Positions 1 through 10,327 of a stretch of DNA of 64,000 nt are shown here, in pieces. The translations under genes and the position numbers were made by a program. Position 1 is the first letter of the stretch. The number at the start of each line of letters is the position of its first letter. Source of the stretch: Castellaniella sp. (lineage in GTDB: Bacteria > Pseudomonadota > Gammaproteobacteria > Burkholderiales > Burkholderiaceae_B); assembly GCF_049673105.1 (NCBI RefSeq), contig NZ_JBATXG010000003.1:21207-85206 (forward strand). Direction: 5' to 3'. The notes under the pieces were generated by a model. That model was not told the DNA's origin and searched no databases. It was given only the letters and a program-made list of their open reading frames with translations.

Positions 1-2414
1 TGGCCTGCGCCCGCAAACTGCTGTCGGCGCCCGAAGCGGTCTTCCCGCAATTCGCCACGCATAATGCGCAGACGCTGGCCTCCATCTATTATCTGGCGGG
101 CGAAAATTACTACCCCGGCCAGTATGAATTCCAATGTCTGCACGGCATGGGAGAGCCGTTGTACGAGCAGGTCGTCGGGCCGCTGTCCAAAGGCCGTCTG
201 AACCGTCCTTGCCGGGTGTATGCCCCGGTGGGCACGCACGAGACCTTGCTGGCGTATCTGGTGCGCCGCCTGTTGGAAAACGGCGCGAATACGTCCTTTG
301 TCAATCAGATCGGCGACAAGAACATCCCCGTTGATCGCCTGATCGAAGATCCGGTGCACAAGGCGCGGGCGATTCAGCCGCTGGGGGCGCCGCATGACCG
401 CATCCCGCTGCCGCGCGATCTGTACCGGGCGCACGAGAATCGCGCCAATTCCGCCGGCCTGGATCTTAGCAATGAGCATCGTCTGGGGTCTTTGGCGGCG
501 GCTTTGCTGGGCACAGCGGATCAGACCTGGCGGGCGGCCCCTGCGGGAGAGTGGCCGGCGGACCGCGCTCAGGATGTCCTGAATCCGGCGGACCGGCGCG
601 ATGTGGTCGGCCAATTGGTCGAAGCGGACGACGCCGATATCCAGGCGGCGCTGGAGCGCGCCGATTATGCCGCGCCCATTTGGCAGGCCACGCCAGTGGC
701 GGAACGTGCCCAGTGTCTGCGGCATGCCGCCCAGCTGCTGGAAGACGAGATGCAGGTCTCCATCGGCCTGATCGTGCGCGAGGCCGGGAAATCCTTTCCC
801 AATGCGGTGTCCGAAGTCCGCGAGGCCGTGGATTTCCTGCGCTACTACGCCGTGCGGATCGAAGAAGAATTCTCCAACGACAGCCATCGCCCGCTGGGGC
901 CGGTCTTGTGCATCAGCCCCTGGAATTTCCCGCTGGCGATTTTCACAGGCCAGGTCAGCGCGGCTTTGGCTGCCGGTAATGTGGTCCTGGCCAAGCCCGC
1001 CGAGCAGACCAATCTGATCGCCGCCTATGGCATTTCGGTCTTGCACCGCGCCGGCGTCCCCGCCGATGCCGTGCAATTATTGCCGGGCCGGGGGGAAACC
1101 GTCGGCGCCGCGCTGGTGGCCAGCCCGGTGGTGCGCGGGGTCATGTTCACCGGTTCGACCGAGGTCGCCAAATTGATTGCCGCAACCCTGGCGCGGCGAT
1201 TGAACGGGGCTGGCCACCCGGTGCCGCTGATCGCCGAGACCGGCGGCCAGAACGCCTTGATCGTCGATTCATCCGCCCTGACCGAGCAGGTTGTCTACGA
1301 TGTGTTGAATTCCGCTTTTGATTCGGCAGGTCAGCGCTGTTCCGCCCTCAGAATCCTGTGCGTGCAGGAAGACTGCGCGGACCGCACGCTGGCCATGCTG
1401 CGCGGCGCCATGCAGGAATTGCGCGTGGGGCGTCCAGAGCTGCTGTCCACGGATATCGGCCCGGTCATCGATGCGGACGCCCAGGCCGTGATCGAACATC
1501 ACGTGCAGGCCATGCAGGCTGCCGGCCATGCAGTCGATCGCCACATCATGGACGAGGATCAGGTCCGCTTCGGCACGTTTGTCGCGCCGACCCTGATCGA
1601 GATTGCGGATATCGCCGAGCTGGAACGCGAGGTCTTCGGCCCGGTGTTGCATGTGCTGCGCTATCGGCGGGAAGACCTGGACAGCGTCATCGATGCCATC
1701 AACGAGCGGGGCTACGGCCTGACGTTTGGCGTGCATACCCGCCTGGACGAAACCGTGCATCACGTCACCGAGCGCATCCATGCCGGCAACATCTACGTCA
1801 ATCGCAACATCGTGGGCGCCACGGTGGGTGTGCAGCCCTTCGGCGGCGAAGGCCTGTCGGGGACAGGGCCAAAGGCCGGCGGCCCTCTGTATCTGCATCG
1901 CCTGCTGTCGGTGGCCTCGCATGCTTTGCCGGTCGACGGCGTGGTGGGCGCGGACGCGCAGCCGCTGGACCTGCCGGGGCCGACCGGCGAGACCAATCGC
2001 TATCACCTGAAACCACGCGGCACCGTGCTGTGCCGGGCGGTCAGCGTCGCAGGCGCGCAAGCGCAGCTGCAGGCCTGCCAGCGCACCGGCAATGCCATGT
2101 TATGGGTGGATACGCCGGAAATGCGATCCTTGCGCGAGCAAGAAAGTTTGCAGGCCGTGCAGTGGGTAGATAGCGGCGATCTGGACGCCGCCGATTTCCA
2201 GGCGGTGCTATTCGAAGGCGATGGCGACGATCTGCTGGCGCTCAATCAGTCGGTGGCGGCCCGTCCCGGTCCCATCGTTCCGGTGCTGGCCCGCCGTTCG
2301 CACGAACTGTCCAACGGCCAGGACTATCCCCTGGAAATGCTGGTGCGCGAGGTCTCTGTCTGCATCAACACCGCCGCCGCCGGCGGCAACGCAACCCTGA
2401 TGATGGTGGGATGA
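1..2414 (+). CDS. putA: Bifunctional proline dehydrogenase / L-glutamate-gamma-semialdehyde (P5C) dehydrogenase PutA, C-terminal part. The 5' end is truncated by the window edge and the reading frame begins at nt 3.
   Basis: The frame is open from nt 3. It translates [44 protein letters not shown], the end of the PutA proline dehydrogenase domain. An aldehyde dehydrogenase domain follows ([21 protein letters not shown] motifs). Confidence 0.93.
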   Translation, partial: ACARKLLSAPEAVFPQFATHNAQTLASIYYLAGENYYPGQYEFQCLHGMGEPLYEQVVGPLSKGRLNRPCRVYAPVGTHETLLAYLVRRLLENGANTSFVNQIGDKNIPVDRLIEDPVHKARAIQPLGAPHDRIPLPRDLYRAHENRANSAGLDLSNEHRLGSLAAALLGTADQTWRAAPAGEWPADRAQDVLNPADRRDVVGQLVEADDADIQAALERADYAAPIWQATPVAERAQCLRHAAQLLEDEMQVSIGLIVREAGKSFPNAVSEVREAVDFLRYYAVRIEEEFSNDSHRPLGPVLCISPWNFPLAIFTGQVSAALAAGNVVLAKPAEQTNLIAAYGISVLHRAGVPADAVQLLPGRGETVGAALVASPVVRGVMFTGSTEVAKLIAATLARRLNGAGHPVPLIAETGGQNALIVDSSALTEQVVYDVLNSAFDSAGQRCSALRILCVQEDCADRTLAMLRGAMQELRVGRPELLSTDIGPVIDADAQAVIEHHVQAMQAAGHAVDRHIMDEDQVRFGTFVAPTLIEIADIAELEREVFGPVLHVLRYRREDLDSVIDAINERGYGLTFGVHTRLDETVHHVTERIHAGNIYVNRNIVGATVGVQPFGGEGLSGTGPKAGGPLYLHRLLSVASHALPVDGVVGADAQPLDLPGPTGETNRYHLKPRGTVLCRAVSVAGAQAQLQACQRTGNAMLWVDTPEMRSLREQESLQAVQWVDSGDLDAADFQAVLFEGDGDDLLALNQSVAARPGPIVPVLARRSHELSNGQDYPLEMLVREVSVCINTAAAGGNATLMMVG

Positions 2415-2461
2415 GATCGGACACAGAAGGGTCCCTGCGGACCCTTCTGTGCCGATCTCAT
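2411..2461. terminator. Long GC-rich hairpin between convergent putA and ppiC: a stem of about 21-24 bp with one bulge and a 4-nt loop. Likely a bidirectional terminator or mRNA 3' stabiliser.
   Basis: ATGAGATCGGACACAGAAGGGTCC-ctgc-GGACCCTTCTGTGCCGATCTCAT read directly. It overlaps the putA stop codon. There is no clear T-tract. Confidence 0.55.
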
Positions 2462-2491
2462 CCGAGCCGCTTGCAAGCGGCGAGGTGGGGA

Positions 2492-2773
2492 TCAATCTTC
2501 CCGATCTGTCACTTCCACCAGGTGATATCCGAATTGCGTGCGCACCGGACCCTGCACCACGCCAACCGGCGCGCTGAACACCACCGTATCGAATTCCGGG
2601 ACCATCTGGCCGCGACCGAAAGTACCCAGATTGCCGCCGTCGCGGTTGGACGGGCAGCTGGAATGGTCACGGGCGACGGCGGCGAAGTCGGCGCCGTTTT
2701 CGATATCGGCCTTCAGTTTCAGGCACTGTTCTTCGGTATCGACCAGAATATGGCGGGCAGAGGCTTGGGTCAT
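2492..2773 (-). CDS. ppiC: Parvulin-type peptidyl-prolyl cis-trans isomerase (PpiC family), 93 aa
   Basis: The full-length 93-aa ORF carries ARHILV...CPSxxxGGxLGxFxxGQMVPEFD...GYHL, the typical small-parvulin signature. Confidence 0.85.
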   Translation of the reverse strand: MTQASARHILVDTEEQCLKLKADIENGADFAAVARDHSSCPSNRDGGNLGTFGRGQMVPEFDTVVFSAPVGVVQGPVRTQFGYHLVEVTDRED

Positions 2774-2831
2774 GTTGAGGCTCCTGTAGGACGGAAATAT
2801 GAACCCGACAGGATAACCCGGATCGGGTGCA

Positions 2832-2865
2832 CAAAATAAGCAAAGCCGCTGGGTAGAGCGGCCTT
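2832..2865 (-). terminator. Rho-independent terminator downstream of the Liv-type operon
   Basis: On the minus strand: AAGGCCGCT-ctaccc-AGCGGCTTT followed by GCTTATTTT. It lies 32 nt after the livF stop. Confidence 0.6.
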
Positions 2866-2896
2866 GGTCATGCAGATAGCGGCAGTCTACACCCGC

Positions 2897-3607
2897 TCAG
2901 TGCCCCAGATAGGCCGCCTGGATTTCCGGCGAAGCCAGCAGTTCGCGAGCCGGGCCTTCGTGCGAGAGTTTGCCGACCTCCAGCACATAGCCGCGATCGG
3001 CCAGTTTCAGGGCCATGCGCGCGTTCTGTTCGACGATCAGGATCGTGACGCCGGTGGCACGCACGTCGCGCAGCACCTGGAAAATATTGCGCACGATGAT
3101 CGGGGCCAGCCCCAGACTGGGTTCGTCCAGCAGCAGCAGACGGGGCTTGGTCACCAGGGCGCGGCCAATGGCCAGCATCTGCTGCTCGCCGCCCGACAAG
3201 GTGCCGGCCAGCTGGGCGCGGCGTTCATAGAGGCGCGGAAAGATCTTGTAGACGTGTTCGCAGCTATCGGTGATTTCCGCGGCGGGGCGGGTAAAGCCGC
3301 CCATGCGCAGGTTTTCCGCCACCGATAGCGTGCCGAAGACACGTCGGCCCTCGGGGGATTGACCGATGCCCAGGCGCACGATCCGGTCGGCGCCCATGCG
3401 GGTGATGTCCTGCCCGGCAAAGGAAATTTTGCCGGAATGCGGGCTCAGTAAGCCGCTGAGCGTGCGCATCAAGGTGGTCTTGCCGGCGCCGTTGGCGCCC
3501 AGAATGGCAACGACCTCGCCTTCGGTGACCTGCAGCGAGATCCCCTTCAGCGCCTGAATATGGCCATAGTTGACGCGCAGGTCTTCAATTTCAAGCAAAT
3601 GGGTCAT
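2897..3607 (-). CDS. livF: Branched-chain amino acid (HAAT family) ABC transporter ATP-binding protein, LivF-like
   Basis: Walker A GANGAGKTT, signature LSGGEQQML, Walker B LLLLDEP. The start overlaps the upstream livG stop by 4 nt. Confidence 0.88.
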   Translation of the reverse strand: MTHLLEIEDLRVNYGHIQALKGISLQVTEGEVVAILGANGAGKTTLMRTLSGLLSPHSGKISFAGQDITRMGADRIVRLGIGQSPEGRRVFGTLSVAENLRMGGFTRPAAEITDSCEHVYKIFPRLYERRAQLAGTLSGGEQQMLAIGRALVTKPRLLLLDEPSLGLAPIIVRNIFQVLRDVRATGVTILIVEQNARMALKLADRGYVLEVGKLSHEGPARELLASPEIQAAYLGH

Positions 3608-4449
3608 GACTGGGCCTGCTCTTCATGGATGGCTTGCATCAGGGGGTCGTCTTCGTCATCGTCCTGGCCCAGGTAGGCCTCGATCACCAGCGGGTTGGTG
3701 CGGATTTCTTCGGGCTTGCCTTCGGCGATTTTCTTGCCGAAATTGATGACGACGATATTGTCGGTGACGTTCATCACCACGCTCATGTCGTGTTCGACCA
3801 GGATGACGGTGATGCCCTGGTCGCGGATGGCGCGGATGGTGTCGTTCAGGCCGGCGGATTCCTGCTCGTTCAGGCCGGCGGCGGGCTCGTCCAGAATGAT
3901 CAGTTCAGGTTTGGCCACCAGCGTGCGCGCCATTTCCACGCGACGCTGCGCCCCATAGGGCAAGGATGTTGCGATTTCCTGGGCGACGTCGGCCAGATCC
4001 AGCTGTTCCAACACGATCATGGCGCGTTCGACCAGCGCTTTTTCCTCTTGGCGCTGGGCGGGAGTGCGCAGCAGCCCCTGCCACCAGGATTGGCGCATCA
4101 GCAGATGCTGGCCGGCGATGACGTTTTCCAGCACGGTCATGTCGGTGAACAGACGGATGGTCTGGAAGGTGCGGCGGATGCCGGCCTGGGCGACCCGATG
4201 AGGGGCTTGGCCGGTCATGTCCTGACCATGCCAGCGGATATGGCCGTCCGTGGGCTGGTAGACGCCGGTGATCATATTGAAGACGGTCGTTTTTCCGGCG
4301 CCGTTGGGGCCGATCAAGCCGACGATTTCGCCACGCTTGACCTGGAAGCTGAGATTATCGACCGCCCGCAGGCCGCCGAAGCTGATGCCGATCCGGTCCA
4401 GTTCGAGCAGGACGTCGGGCGACGCGGTGGGGGACTGGGGCGAGTTCAT
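3604..4449 (-). CDS. livG: Branched-chain amino acid ABC transporter ATP-binding protein, LivG-like
   Basis: GPNGAGKTT, LPYGAQRRVEMARTL, IILDEP. It has an acidic C-terminal tail and is coupled to its neighbours by 4-nt overlaps. Confidence 0.88.
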   Translation of the reverse strand: MNSPQSPTASPDVLLELDRIGISFGGLRAVDNLSFQVKRGEIVGLIGPNGAGKTTVFNMITGVYQPTDGHIRWHGQDMTGQAPHRVAQAGIRRTFQTIRLFTDMTVLENVIAGQHLLMRQSWWQGLLRTPAQRQEEKALVERAMIVLEQLDLADVAQEIATSLPYGAQRRVEMARTLVAKPELIILDEPAAGLNEQESAGLNDTIRAIRDQGITVILVEHDMSVVMNVTDNIVVINFGKKIAEGKPEEIRTNPLVIEAYLGQDDDEDDPLMQAIHEEQAQS

Positions 4450-5435
4450 AGGGCTCCCTTGCGTGCGGGCCAGATGCCCTGCGGACGCAGAATCATGACC
4501 AGGATCATGGCGATGCCGAAGACCAGGTAGCGGTATTGGGCGAATTCCGTAAAGATCTGCGGCACGACGAACATCATGGCGGTGCCCAGCAGCACACCCG
4601 GCACCGAGGCCTGGCCGCCCACCAGCACGATGGCGAACAGCACGACCGAATCCGTGAACTGGAAGGAACCGGGGCTGACGGCGGACAGTTGCATCGCAAA
4701 CAGCGTACCTGCCAGACCCGCGATGCCCGCTGACAGCGCGAAAGCGGCGACCTTGTAGTTGCGGGCGTTGACCCCCAGCGTGGTGGCGGCCAGTTCATCG
4801 TATTTGATGTAGCGGAACGTGCGCCCCAGCGAAGAACGGTCCAGATTGCGCATCAGCCACAGCACGATGGCCAGGACCACCCAGTTCAGATAGAACAGAT
4901 GGCTTTGCGATCCGAAGACGTGACCGAAGAACGACGGACCGCTGACGCCGAATAGACCGTCGGCCCCGCCGGTCAGGCCGAACAGATTGTTTTTCATGGC
5001 CAGCACGAAAATCGCGTTGAAACCTATGGTGACCACCAGCAGGTAGTCGCCGCGCAGCTTGACGATGGGGGCGGACAGAATCGCCCCCAGAGCAGCCGAC
5101 AGCACGATGGCGACGGGAATGGTCCAGAGAATGGGCCAGTTGAACGAGAGCGACAAGATGGCGCTGGTGTAGGCGCCGATGCCGAAGAACACGGCGTGGC
5201 CCATATCGTACATGCCGGCGCGCCCTAGAACGATGTCCTGCGACAGGGCGACGATGGCATAGATGGCGAAGATGCCGCCGATGGTGATCCAGGCGGGCGA
5301 CATCACGGACGGGATGGCCAGTCCGGCGACCCACAGGAGCGGCCCCAGCACTTGCAGGAAGCGGATGCCGGTTTTGGCGGAGGCCGTCGGGCGAGTGTCC
5401 GGCAGCTGGGCGGAGGAGGGATTGGCGTGATTCAT
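4446..5435 (-). CDS. livM: Branched-chain amino acid ABC transporter permease, LivM-like
   Basis: Polytopic hydrophobic protein with the LivM-type motif GRAGMYDMGHAVFFGIGAYT. It occupies the operon position between livH and livG. Confidence 0.85.
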   Translation of the reverse strand: MNHANPSSAQLPDTRPTASAKTGIRFLQVLGPLLWVAGLAIPSVMSPAWITIGGIFAIYAIVALSQDIVLGRAGMYDMGHAVFFGIGAYTSAILSLSFNWPILWTIPVAIVLSAALGAILSAPIVKLRGDYLLVVTIGFNAIFVLAMKNNLFGLTGGADGLFGVSGPSFFGHVFGSQSHLFYLNWVVLAIVLWLMRNLDRSSLGRTFRYIKYDELAATTLGVNARNYKVAAFALSAGIAGLAGTLFAMQLSAVSPGSFQFTDSVVLFAIVLVGGQASVPGVLLGTAMMFVVPQIFTEFAQYRYLVFGIAMILVMILRPQGIWPARKGAL

Positions 5436-5438
5436 GGC

Positions 5439-6341
5439 TTAGACCTTTTCCGCGACACGTTCGCCCAGCAGGCCCGAGGGGCGTACCAGCAAAATGGCGA
5501 TCAGCAAGGTGAACGTAATGGCATCTTGCCAGGAGCTGGAGATATAACCGGCTGCGAAGGCGTTGAACAGGCCTAAGACCAGGCCGCCCAGCATGGCGCC
5601 GGGGATGTTGCCGATCCCGCCGATGATGGCGGCGATGAAGGCGTTCAGGCCATAGGACCAGCCCATCGTGAAATAGGTCTGGCGATAGTACAGGCCGATG
5701 AACAGGCCGCCGATGGCGCCCAGCACCGGGCCGATGATGAAGACCAGCGCAATGACGCGGTTGACGTTGATGCCCATCAGGCGGGCGGCGTCCTGGTCGA
5801 TGGCCGTGGCGCGGATGGCGGTGCCCAGGCGCGTGTGGTTCACGAAAAAATACAGGCCCGCCATCAGCAGGAAGGCGCAGAAGATGATCAGGAGCTGGAC
5901 GAAGCTGAGATACGCGCCGCCGATCTCCCAGGTGATATTGGGGAGCAGGTTGTTGGGAAACACCTGCACGTTGGGCGACCAGATCAGCATGATGCCGTTC
6001 TGGATCAGCATCGAGGCGCCCAGCGCCGAGACGACCGCCGACAGGCGGTGGGCCTTGCGCAAAGGCTTGTAGGCGAGCTGGTCCAGCAGCGTCCCTGCAA
6101 TCGCCACGATGATCATGGCGATGACGAATGCCAGCACCAGGAGCGTGACGGTGGATAGGCCGCCCAGGGCGCCGGAGGTGAGGGTGGTCAGGCCGATGAA
6201 GGCCCCCAGGATGCACAAATCGCCGTGGGCGAAGTTGATCATCTTCAGCACCCCGTAGACCATCGTGTAGCCCAGGGCGATCAGGGCATAGATGCCCCCG
6301 ACCGTGACCCCGTTGATGAATTGCTGGAGGATAAAGTCCAT
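5439..6341 (-). CDS. livH: Branched-chain amino acid ABC transporter permease, LivH-like
   Basis: The true start is placed at MDFILQQFINGVTVGGIYALIALGYTMVYG, a conserved LivH N-terminus. The upstream 86 codons of the track ORF are non-homologous. Confidence 0.85.
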   Translation of the reverse strand: MDFILQQFINGVTVGGIYALIALGYTMVYGVLKMINFAHGDLCILGAFIGLTTLTSGALGGLSTVTLLVLAFVIAMIIVAIAGTLLDQLAYKPLRKAHRLSAVVSALGASMLIQNGIMLIWSPNVQVFPNNLLPNITWEIGGAYLSFVQLLIIFCAFLLMAGLYFFVNHTRLGTAIRATAIDQDAARLMGINVNRVIALVFIIGPVLGAIGGLFIGLYYRQTYFTMGWSYGLNAFIAAIIGGIGNIPGAMLGGLVLGLFNAFAAGYISSSWQDAITFTLLIAILLVRPSGLLGERVAEKV

Positions 6342-6499
6342 CGATCGGTTTCCGTGGTGGTTCTTGTGTGTCGTGACCAGCAGCGATGGCCGGGCAAACG
6401 GCGGAAGTAGGCCTGTGTCCTGACATTCAGAGGGAGACAGACATCGACCGGGACGTTCAGGCGTCTGTTGGGCGCTGAAAAATGCGTGAGCCCCGGCTT

Positions 6500-6536
6500 T
6501 CCGGAAGAGAGACCATGCTGCGATCTGTCTTCCGGA
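6500..6536 (-). other. Intercistronic stem-loop between the binding-protein gene and livH (9-bp perfect stem, 19-nt loop)
   Basis: TCCGGAAGA...TCTTCCGGA read directly in the 208-nt gap between the two genes. Confidence 0.4.
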
Positions 6537-6549
6537 TACCGCTGTGCTG

Positions 6550-7710
6550 TTATTGACGCGTGTCGAGTTGACGCGGGTAGATGGTCTTGTAGCCGCCACC
6601 TGCCTGGACTTCGAAGGCCGACATCAGGCTACCAATGCGCTCGCCCTTGTCATCCCAGGTGAACGGACCGGTCAGACCGCCGAAGGGTTCCTTCAGAGTG
6701 TGCAACCAGGGAATGAGCTTGCTGGTATCCGTGGACTTGGTGTCCTGGATGGCTGCGATGACGGCGCGAAAGCCATCGGCGTTGGTCAGGGTGTAGATGC
6801 TGGGGGGCGGCGCGCCGAATTCCTTGGTGTAGTCGGCCAGGAATTGCTTGGCTGCCGGGTAAGGCAGGTTTTCGGGGGCCGGCACGTTGACGATCACGGC
6901 GCCCGCAGCGGCGTCGCCAGCGATCTTCGCGAAGTTTTCGTTCTGGTTGGCGTCACCGCCCACGAACACGGCTTCCATGCCCAGTTGCTTCATCTGGGCG
7001 CGGATCAGGCCGCCATCGGTGTAGTAGCCCGAGAAGAACAGCACGTCCGGGTTCTTGGACTTCAGTTTCGTCAACACGGCGCTGTAATCCTGCGTACCGG
7101 CGTTGATGAAGTCTTCACCGATGATGTTGCCGCCTTCTTTTTTGATGGCGTTGACCGTGGCTTTGGCGAGGCCGGTCGCGTAGCTGGAGTGGTCGCTCAG
7201 TACCGCGATGCGCTGGTATTTCTTGATCTTGACGAAATAATTGGCGACGAATTCGGCTTCGTCGCTATTGGGCGGCGCGTTGCGGAAGAAGGTCTTCCAG
7301 CCTTTTTGCGTCAGTTCGTCGCTGGTGCCGTCCGAGGTTTGGATGACGTTGGCGGCGGAATAGATCGGCGCGGCAGCCAGGGCGGCGCCGCTGGTGTAGG
7401 TGCCGATCACGGCGATGACGCCGTCGTTCACCAGTTTGCGACCGCAGATGGCGGCCTGAGCGGCTTTGCCTTCGTCGTCGCAGACGATGACTTCGATCTG
7501 ACGGCCCAGCACGCCGCCAGCAGCATTGTGCTGCTTGGCAATCAGGCGGACGCCGTTTTCGATGCCTTGGCCTTCGGCAGCGTATTCGCCGGTGATCGGG
7601 GCTTGCACACCGATTTTGATGGGGCCGTCAGCCGCCAATGCCGTGCCCATGCCCATCAGGGCCAAGGAAACCGCCGCTGAAAGCGTGGAAAGTTTAGTCA
7701 GCCTGCTCAT
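6550..7710 (-). CDS. Periplasmic amino-acid binding protein of the Leu/Ile/Val-binding (LivJ/K) family, with signal peptide
   Basis: Start re-placed at MSRLTKLSTLSAAVSLALMGMGTALAADGPIKIGV, a signal peptide ending ALA-AD. An AAGGAG ribosome-binding site sits 8 nt upstream. The mature protein has a type-I periplasmic binding fold sequence. Confidence 0.85.
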   Translation of the reverse strand: MSRLTKLSTLSAAVSLALMGMGTALAADGPIKIGVQAPITGEYAAEGQGIENGVRLIAKQHNAAGGVLGRQIEVIVCDDEGKAAQAAICGRKLVNDGVIAVIGTYTSGAALAAAPIYSAANVIQTSDGTSDELTQKGWKTFFRNAPPNSDEAEFVANYFVKIKKYQRIAVLSDHSSYATGLAKATVNAIKKEGGNIIGEDFINAGTQDYSAVLTKLKSKNPDVLFFSGYYTDGGLIRAQMKQLGMEAVFVGGDANQNENFAKIAGDAAAGAVIVNVPAPENLPYPAAKQFLADYTKEFGAPPPSIYTLTNADGFRAVIAAIQDTKSTDTSKLIPWLHTLKEPFGGLTGPFTWDDKGERIGSLMSAFEVQAGGGYKTIYPRQLDTRQ

Positions 7711-8019
7711 GTCTCGATTCTCCTTTGCATGGACCCGGATGGAACCATATATTCGTAATATATTAAGAGCGCGCTTATCGCACCATGAGGGTATTCCCGG
7801 TGACAGGGTGCGCCAGTCGGTGGGAAACAGGACGTCTGTGTATGGTTCAGGCGTGTTTCCGACCGGACTTTGTTTGGCTTTGATGGGAAGGGTTGCGCTA
7901 AAGGTGAAACCTTTTGATTCCAACAAAACCAATTTGAAGTTTAACTACCAGAAGGTGCAGGTACAACCAGGGGTTTTACTAATAAGCGCATCGAGCGCGG
8001 GAGACAGGCTGTGAGTGGT

Positions 8020-8487
8020 TCAGTGCTGTCCCGTGCTGCCGAATCCGCCCGTGCCGCGCTCTGTTTCGGTGTCGAAGGAGTCCGTCATGCGCAGGCCGAC
8101 CTGCACAACCGGCTGGAACATCAACTGCGCGATCCGTTCACCGGGCTGGATGGTGTAGGGTTGATCACTGTCGTTGGTCAGCAGGACCTTGATTTCCCCG
8201 TGATAGTCGGCATCGATGACACCGATGCCTTGCGCAACGCGGATGCCATGTTTCAGCGACAGGCCCGAACGAGACGCGACGATGGCGACCAGGCCGGGAT
8301 CCATCATGTTCAGCGCCAGGCCGGTGGGCACCGGCAGGCGGGCGCCAGGCAAAAGAGTCTGGGGGGCGTCCAGGCAGGCGCGCAAGTCCATCGCGGCGGA
8401 GCCGCCGGTGGCGTAGTCCGGCAGCGGGATGGCGTCCGTACCCAAAAGCGGGTTGACAATGCGGGCCTGGATGAGTCGTCGATGCAT
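8020..8487 (-). CDS. dut: dUTP diphosphatase (dUTPase)
   Basis: YATxGSAxxDLRA, PTGLA, SRSGL, GxIDxDYxGE and GERIAQ motifs, plus a C-terminal RGxGGFGSTG. Confidence 0.93.
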   Translation of the reverse strand: MHRRLIQARIVNPLLGTDAIPLPDYATGGSAAMDLRACLDAPQTLLPGARLPVPTGLALNMMDPGLVAIVASRSGLSLKHGIRVAQGIGVIDADYHGEIKVLLTNDSDQPYTIQPGERIAQLMFQPVVQVGLRMTDSFDTETERGTGGFGSTGQH

Positions 8488-8538
8488 GGTGGAGTCCGAG
8501 GAAAAAGCAGAGGAGCGGCGGCGAATGCCGCCGGGGAT

Positions 8539-9744
8539 CTATCGTGCCGAGGCGGGCAGGCGCTGGGCAAGCCACGCCACCAGTTGGCGGGCGGCCTGCA
8601 GTTTGGGCTGCCGGGCCAGGGGGTGGGCGCCGTGATCGTCGAAGATGATCAGTTCGGTATCGGCGGCGTCCATGGACTGCTGAGCCAGATTGCCGACGAT
8701 GACGGGAACGCCTTTGCGCTGACGTTTGGCCTGAGCGTATTCGTGCAGATGGTCGGTTTCGGCGGCAAAGCCCACGCACCAGGGGCCGTCGGGCAGGGTC
8801 GCAACGTCGGCCAGGATGTCGGGATTTTGCACGAAGGCCAGCTCGGGCGCCTGGCCGTCCGCCTGTTTTTTTAGTTTGACGGCGGAAGGGTTGACGATGC
8901 CCCAGTCGGCTACCGCCGCCACGGCGATGAACAGATCGGCGTCGCGGGCGCGTTCCAGCACGGCAGCATGCATTTCGCGCGCCTGGGTGACGTCGATACG
9001 CGTGACGCCATCCGGGCAAGGCAGGGCCGTGGGGCCGGAAATCAGAGTGACTTGAGCGCCGGCTTCGGCGGCGGCCCGCGCCAGGGCGTAGCCCATGCGC
9101 CCAGAGGACCGGTTGGTCAGGACGCGCACCGGATCGATGATTTCGCTGGTGGGGCCCGCCGTCAGCAGGATGCGCCGACCCGCCAGTGTCTTGGGCTGGA
9201 AAAAGGCGATCACGGCGCGCAGGATCTGATCCGGTTCCATCATGCGCCCGGAGCCGCTTTCGCCGCAGGCCTGGCTGCCTTCGGCGGGGCCGATCAGCGT
9301 GACGCCGTCCGCCCGCAACTGGGCGGCATTGCGCTGGGTGGCCGGGTGGGTCCACATTTCGTGATTCATGGCGGGCGCGGCCAGCAGCGGCACCGCACCC
9401 CGCGCCACGCATAGCGTGGCTAGCAGGTCATCGGCCAGGCCGTGGGCCAGTTTCGCCAGGAAATCGGTGCTGGCCGGCACGATCAGCACCGCATCGGCGC
9501 CGCGCGTCAGGTTGATGTGGGCCATGCGATTGTCCATGCGCTCGTCCCACTGGTCCAGCCAGACGGGACGCCCGGACAGGGCCTGCATGGTGGCCGGCGT
9601 GATGAAGCCGGTGGCGGCCTGGGTCATGACCACGTCCACCGTGGCGCCTTCGTCTTGCAGACGGCGCAGCAGTTCGGCGGATTTGTAGCAGGCGATGCCG
9701 CCCGTCAGCCCCAGGATGATGCGTTTGCCTGATAGGTCCGGCAT
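8539..9744 (-). CDS. coaBC: Bifunctional phosphopantothenoylcysteine decarboxylase / phosphopantothenate-cysteine ligase
   Basis: Start placed at MPDLSGKRIILGLTGGIACYK (flavoprotein N-terminus). The C-terminal CoaB domain shows GPTxExIDPVRxxxNxSSGxMG. Confidence 0.92.
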   Translation of the reverse strand: MPDLSGKRIILGLTGGIACYKSAELLRRLQDEGATVDVVMTQAATGFITPATMQALSGRPVWLDQWDERMDNRMAHINLTRGADAVLIVPASTDFLAKLAHGLADDLLATLCVARGAVPLLAAPAMNHEMWTHPATQRNAAQLRADGVTLIGPAEGSQACGESGSGRMMEPDQILRAVIAFFQPKTLAGRRILLTAGPTSEIIDPVRVLTNRSSGRMGYALARAAAEAGAQVTLISGPTALPCPDGVTRIDVTQAREMHAAVLERARDADLFIAVAAVADWGIVNPSAVKLKKQADGQAPELAFVQNPDILADVATLPDGPWCVGFAAETDHLHEYAQAKRQRKGVPVIVGNLAQQSMDAADTELIIFDDHGAHPLARQPKLQAARQLVAWLAQRLPASAR

Positions 9745-9754
9745 GGCGATTTTC

Positions 9755-10327
9755 CTATGTGCGGTGGGCGCGGCGGCTGCGCAGGATTTCATCCAGAATC
9801 AGCAGGATCGCGCCGCAGGTGATGGCGATGTCGGCCACGTTGAAGGCCGGGAAATACCAGTCGCGCCAATAGAACAACAGAAAATCCACGACGTGTCCAT
9901 GCATCAGGCGATCCAGGGCGTTGCCCAGCGCGCCGCCCAGAATGCAGGCCAGCGAGGCGCAGAGCAGGCGCTGGCCCTGGTGCGTGTAGAGCCAGCGCAG
10001 GATGACCAGGGCGACGACCAGGGCGATACCGGTGAAGAGCCAGCGCTGGAACCCATCGCCATCGGCCAGAAAGCTGAAGGCGGCGCCTGTGTTGAACAGC
10101 AGCGTCAGGTCAAAGATCGGCAGCACGGGGATACGTTCGGCGTAGCTCAGCGTCTGCGAGATCCAGGCCTTGGTGGCCTGATCCAGCAGCACCAGCGCAG
10201 CGGCAACCAGCAGCCACCCTGCCAGGGACCGCAGCCGGTTGCGTGCCGCCGGGGCCGCAGCGCCATCCGGCGCCGCGGACGGGACGAGCGGCCCCAGGTC
10301 GTGGCGGGGCGGGGGCGCTTTAGGCAT
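9755..10327 (-). CDS. lspA: Lipoprotein signal peptidase (signal peptidase II)
   Basis: DQx[10 protein letters not shown], GGALGNxxDR and FNVADxxI motifs. The chosen ATG overlaps the ileS stop by 8 nt; an alternative ATG lies at 10345. Confidence 0.85.
   Translation of the reverse strand: MPKAPPPRHDLGPLVPSAAPDGAAAPAARNRLRSLAGWLLVAAALVLLDQATKAWISQTLSYAERIPVLPIFDLTLLFNTGAAFSFLADGDGFQRWLFTGIALVVALVILRWLYTHQGQRLLCASLACILGGALGNALDRLMHGHVVDFLLFYWRDWYFPAFNVADIAITCGAILLILDEILRSRRAHRT

Noticed and set aside
2411-2461. The putA/ppiC hairpin considered as a REP- or MITE-like repeat
   Set aside because: I saw only one copy in the window, and no sequence similarity to the 14142-14304 palindrome. It sits exactly where a convergent-gene terminator is expected.
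5439-6599. Track ORFs whose N-termini extend far upstream of the homologous region. Examples are 5439-6599, 6550-7932, 21001-22335, 28876-29808, 31508-32962, 33676-35721, 38327-39589, 17608-20223, 47986-49299 and 49094-51316.
   Set aside because: The upstream extensions lack homology and overlap neighbouring genes or intergenic hairpins. They also bypass internal ATGs that have ribosome-binding sites, signal peptides or lipoboxes, or stop/start coupling. The shorter starts were used instead.
7883-8014. Small ORF (MGRVALKVKPFDSNKTNLKFNYQKVQVQPGVLLISASSAGDRL) in the livJ-dut gap
   Set aside because: Its third-position GC is low, unlike the real genes here. It has no ribosome-binding site. It is more likely non-coding regulatory DNA.
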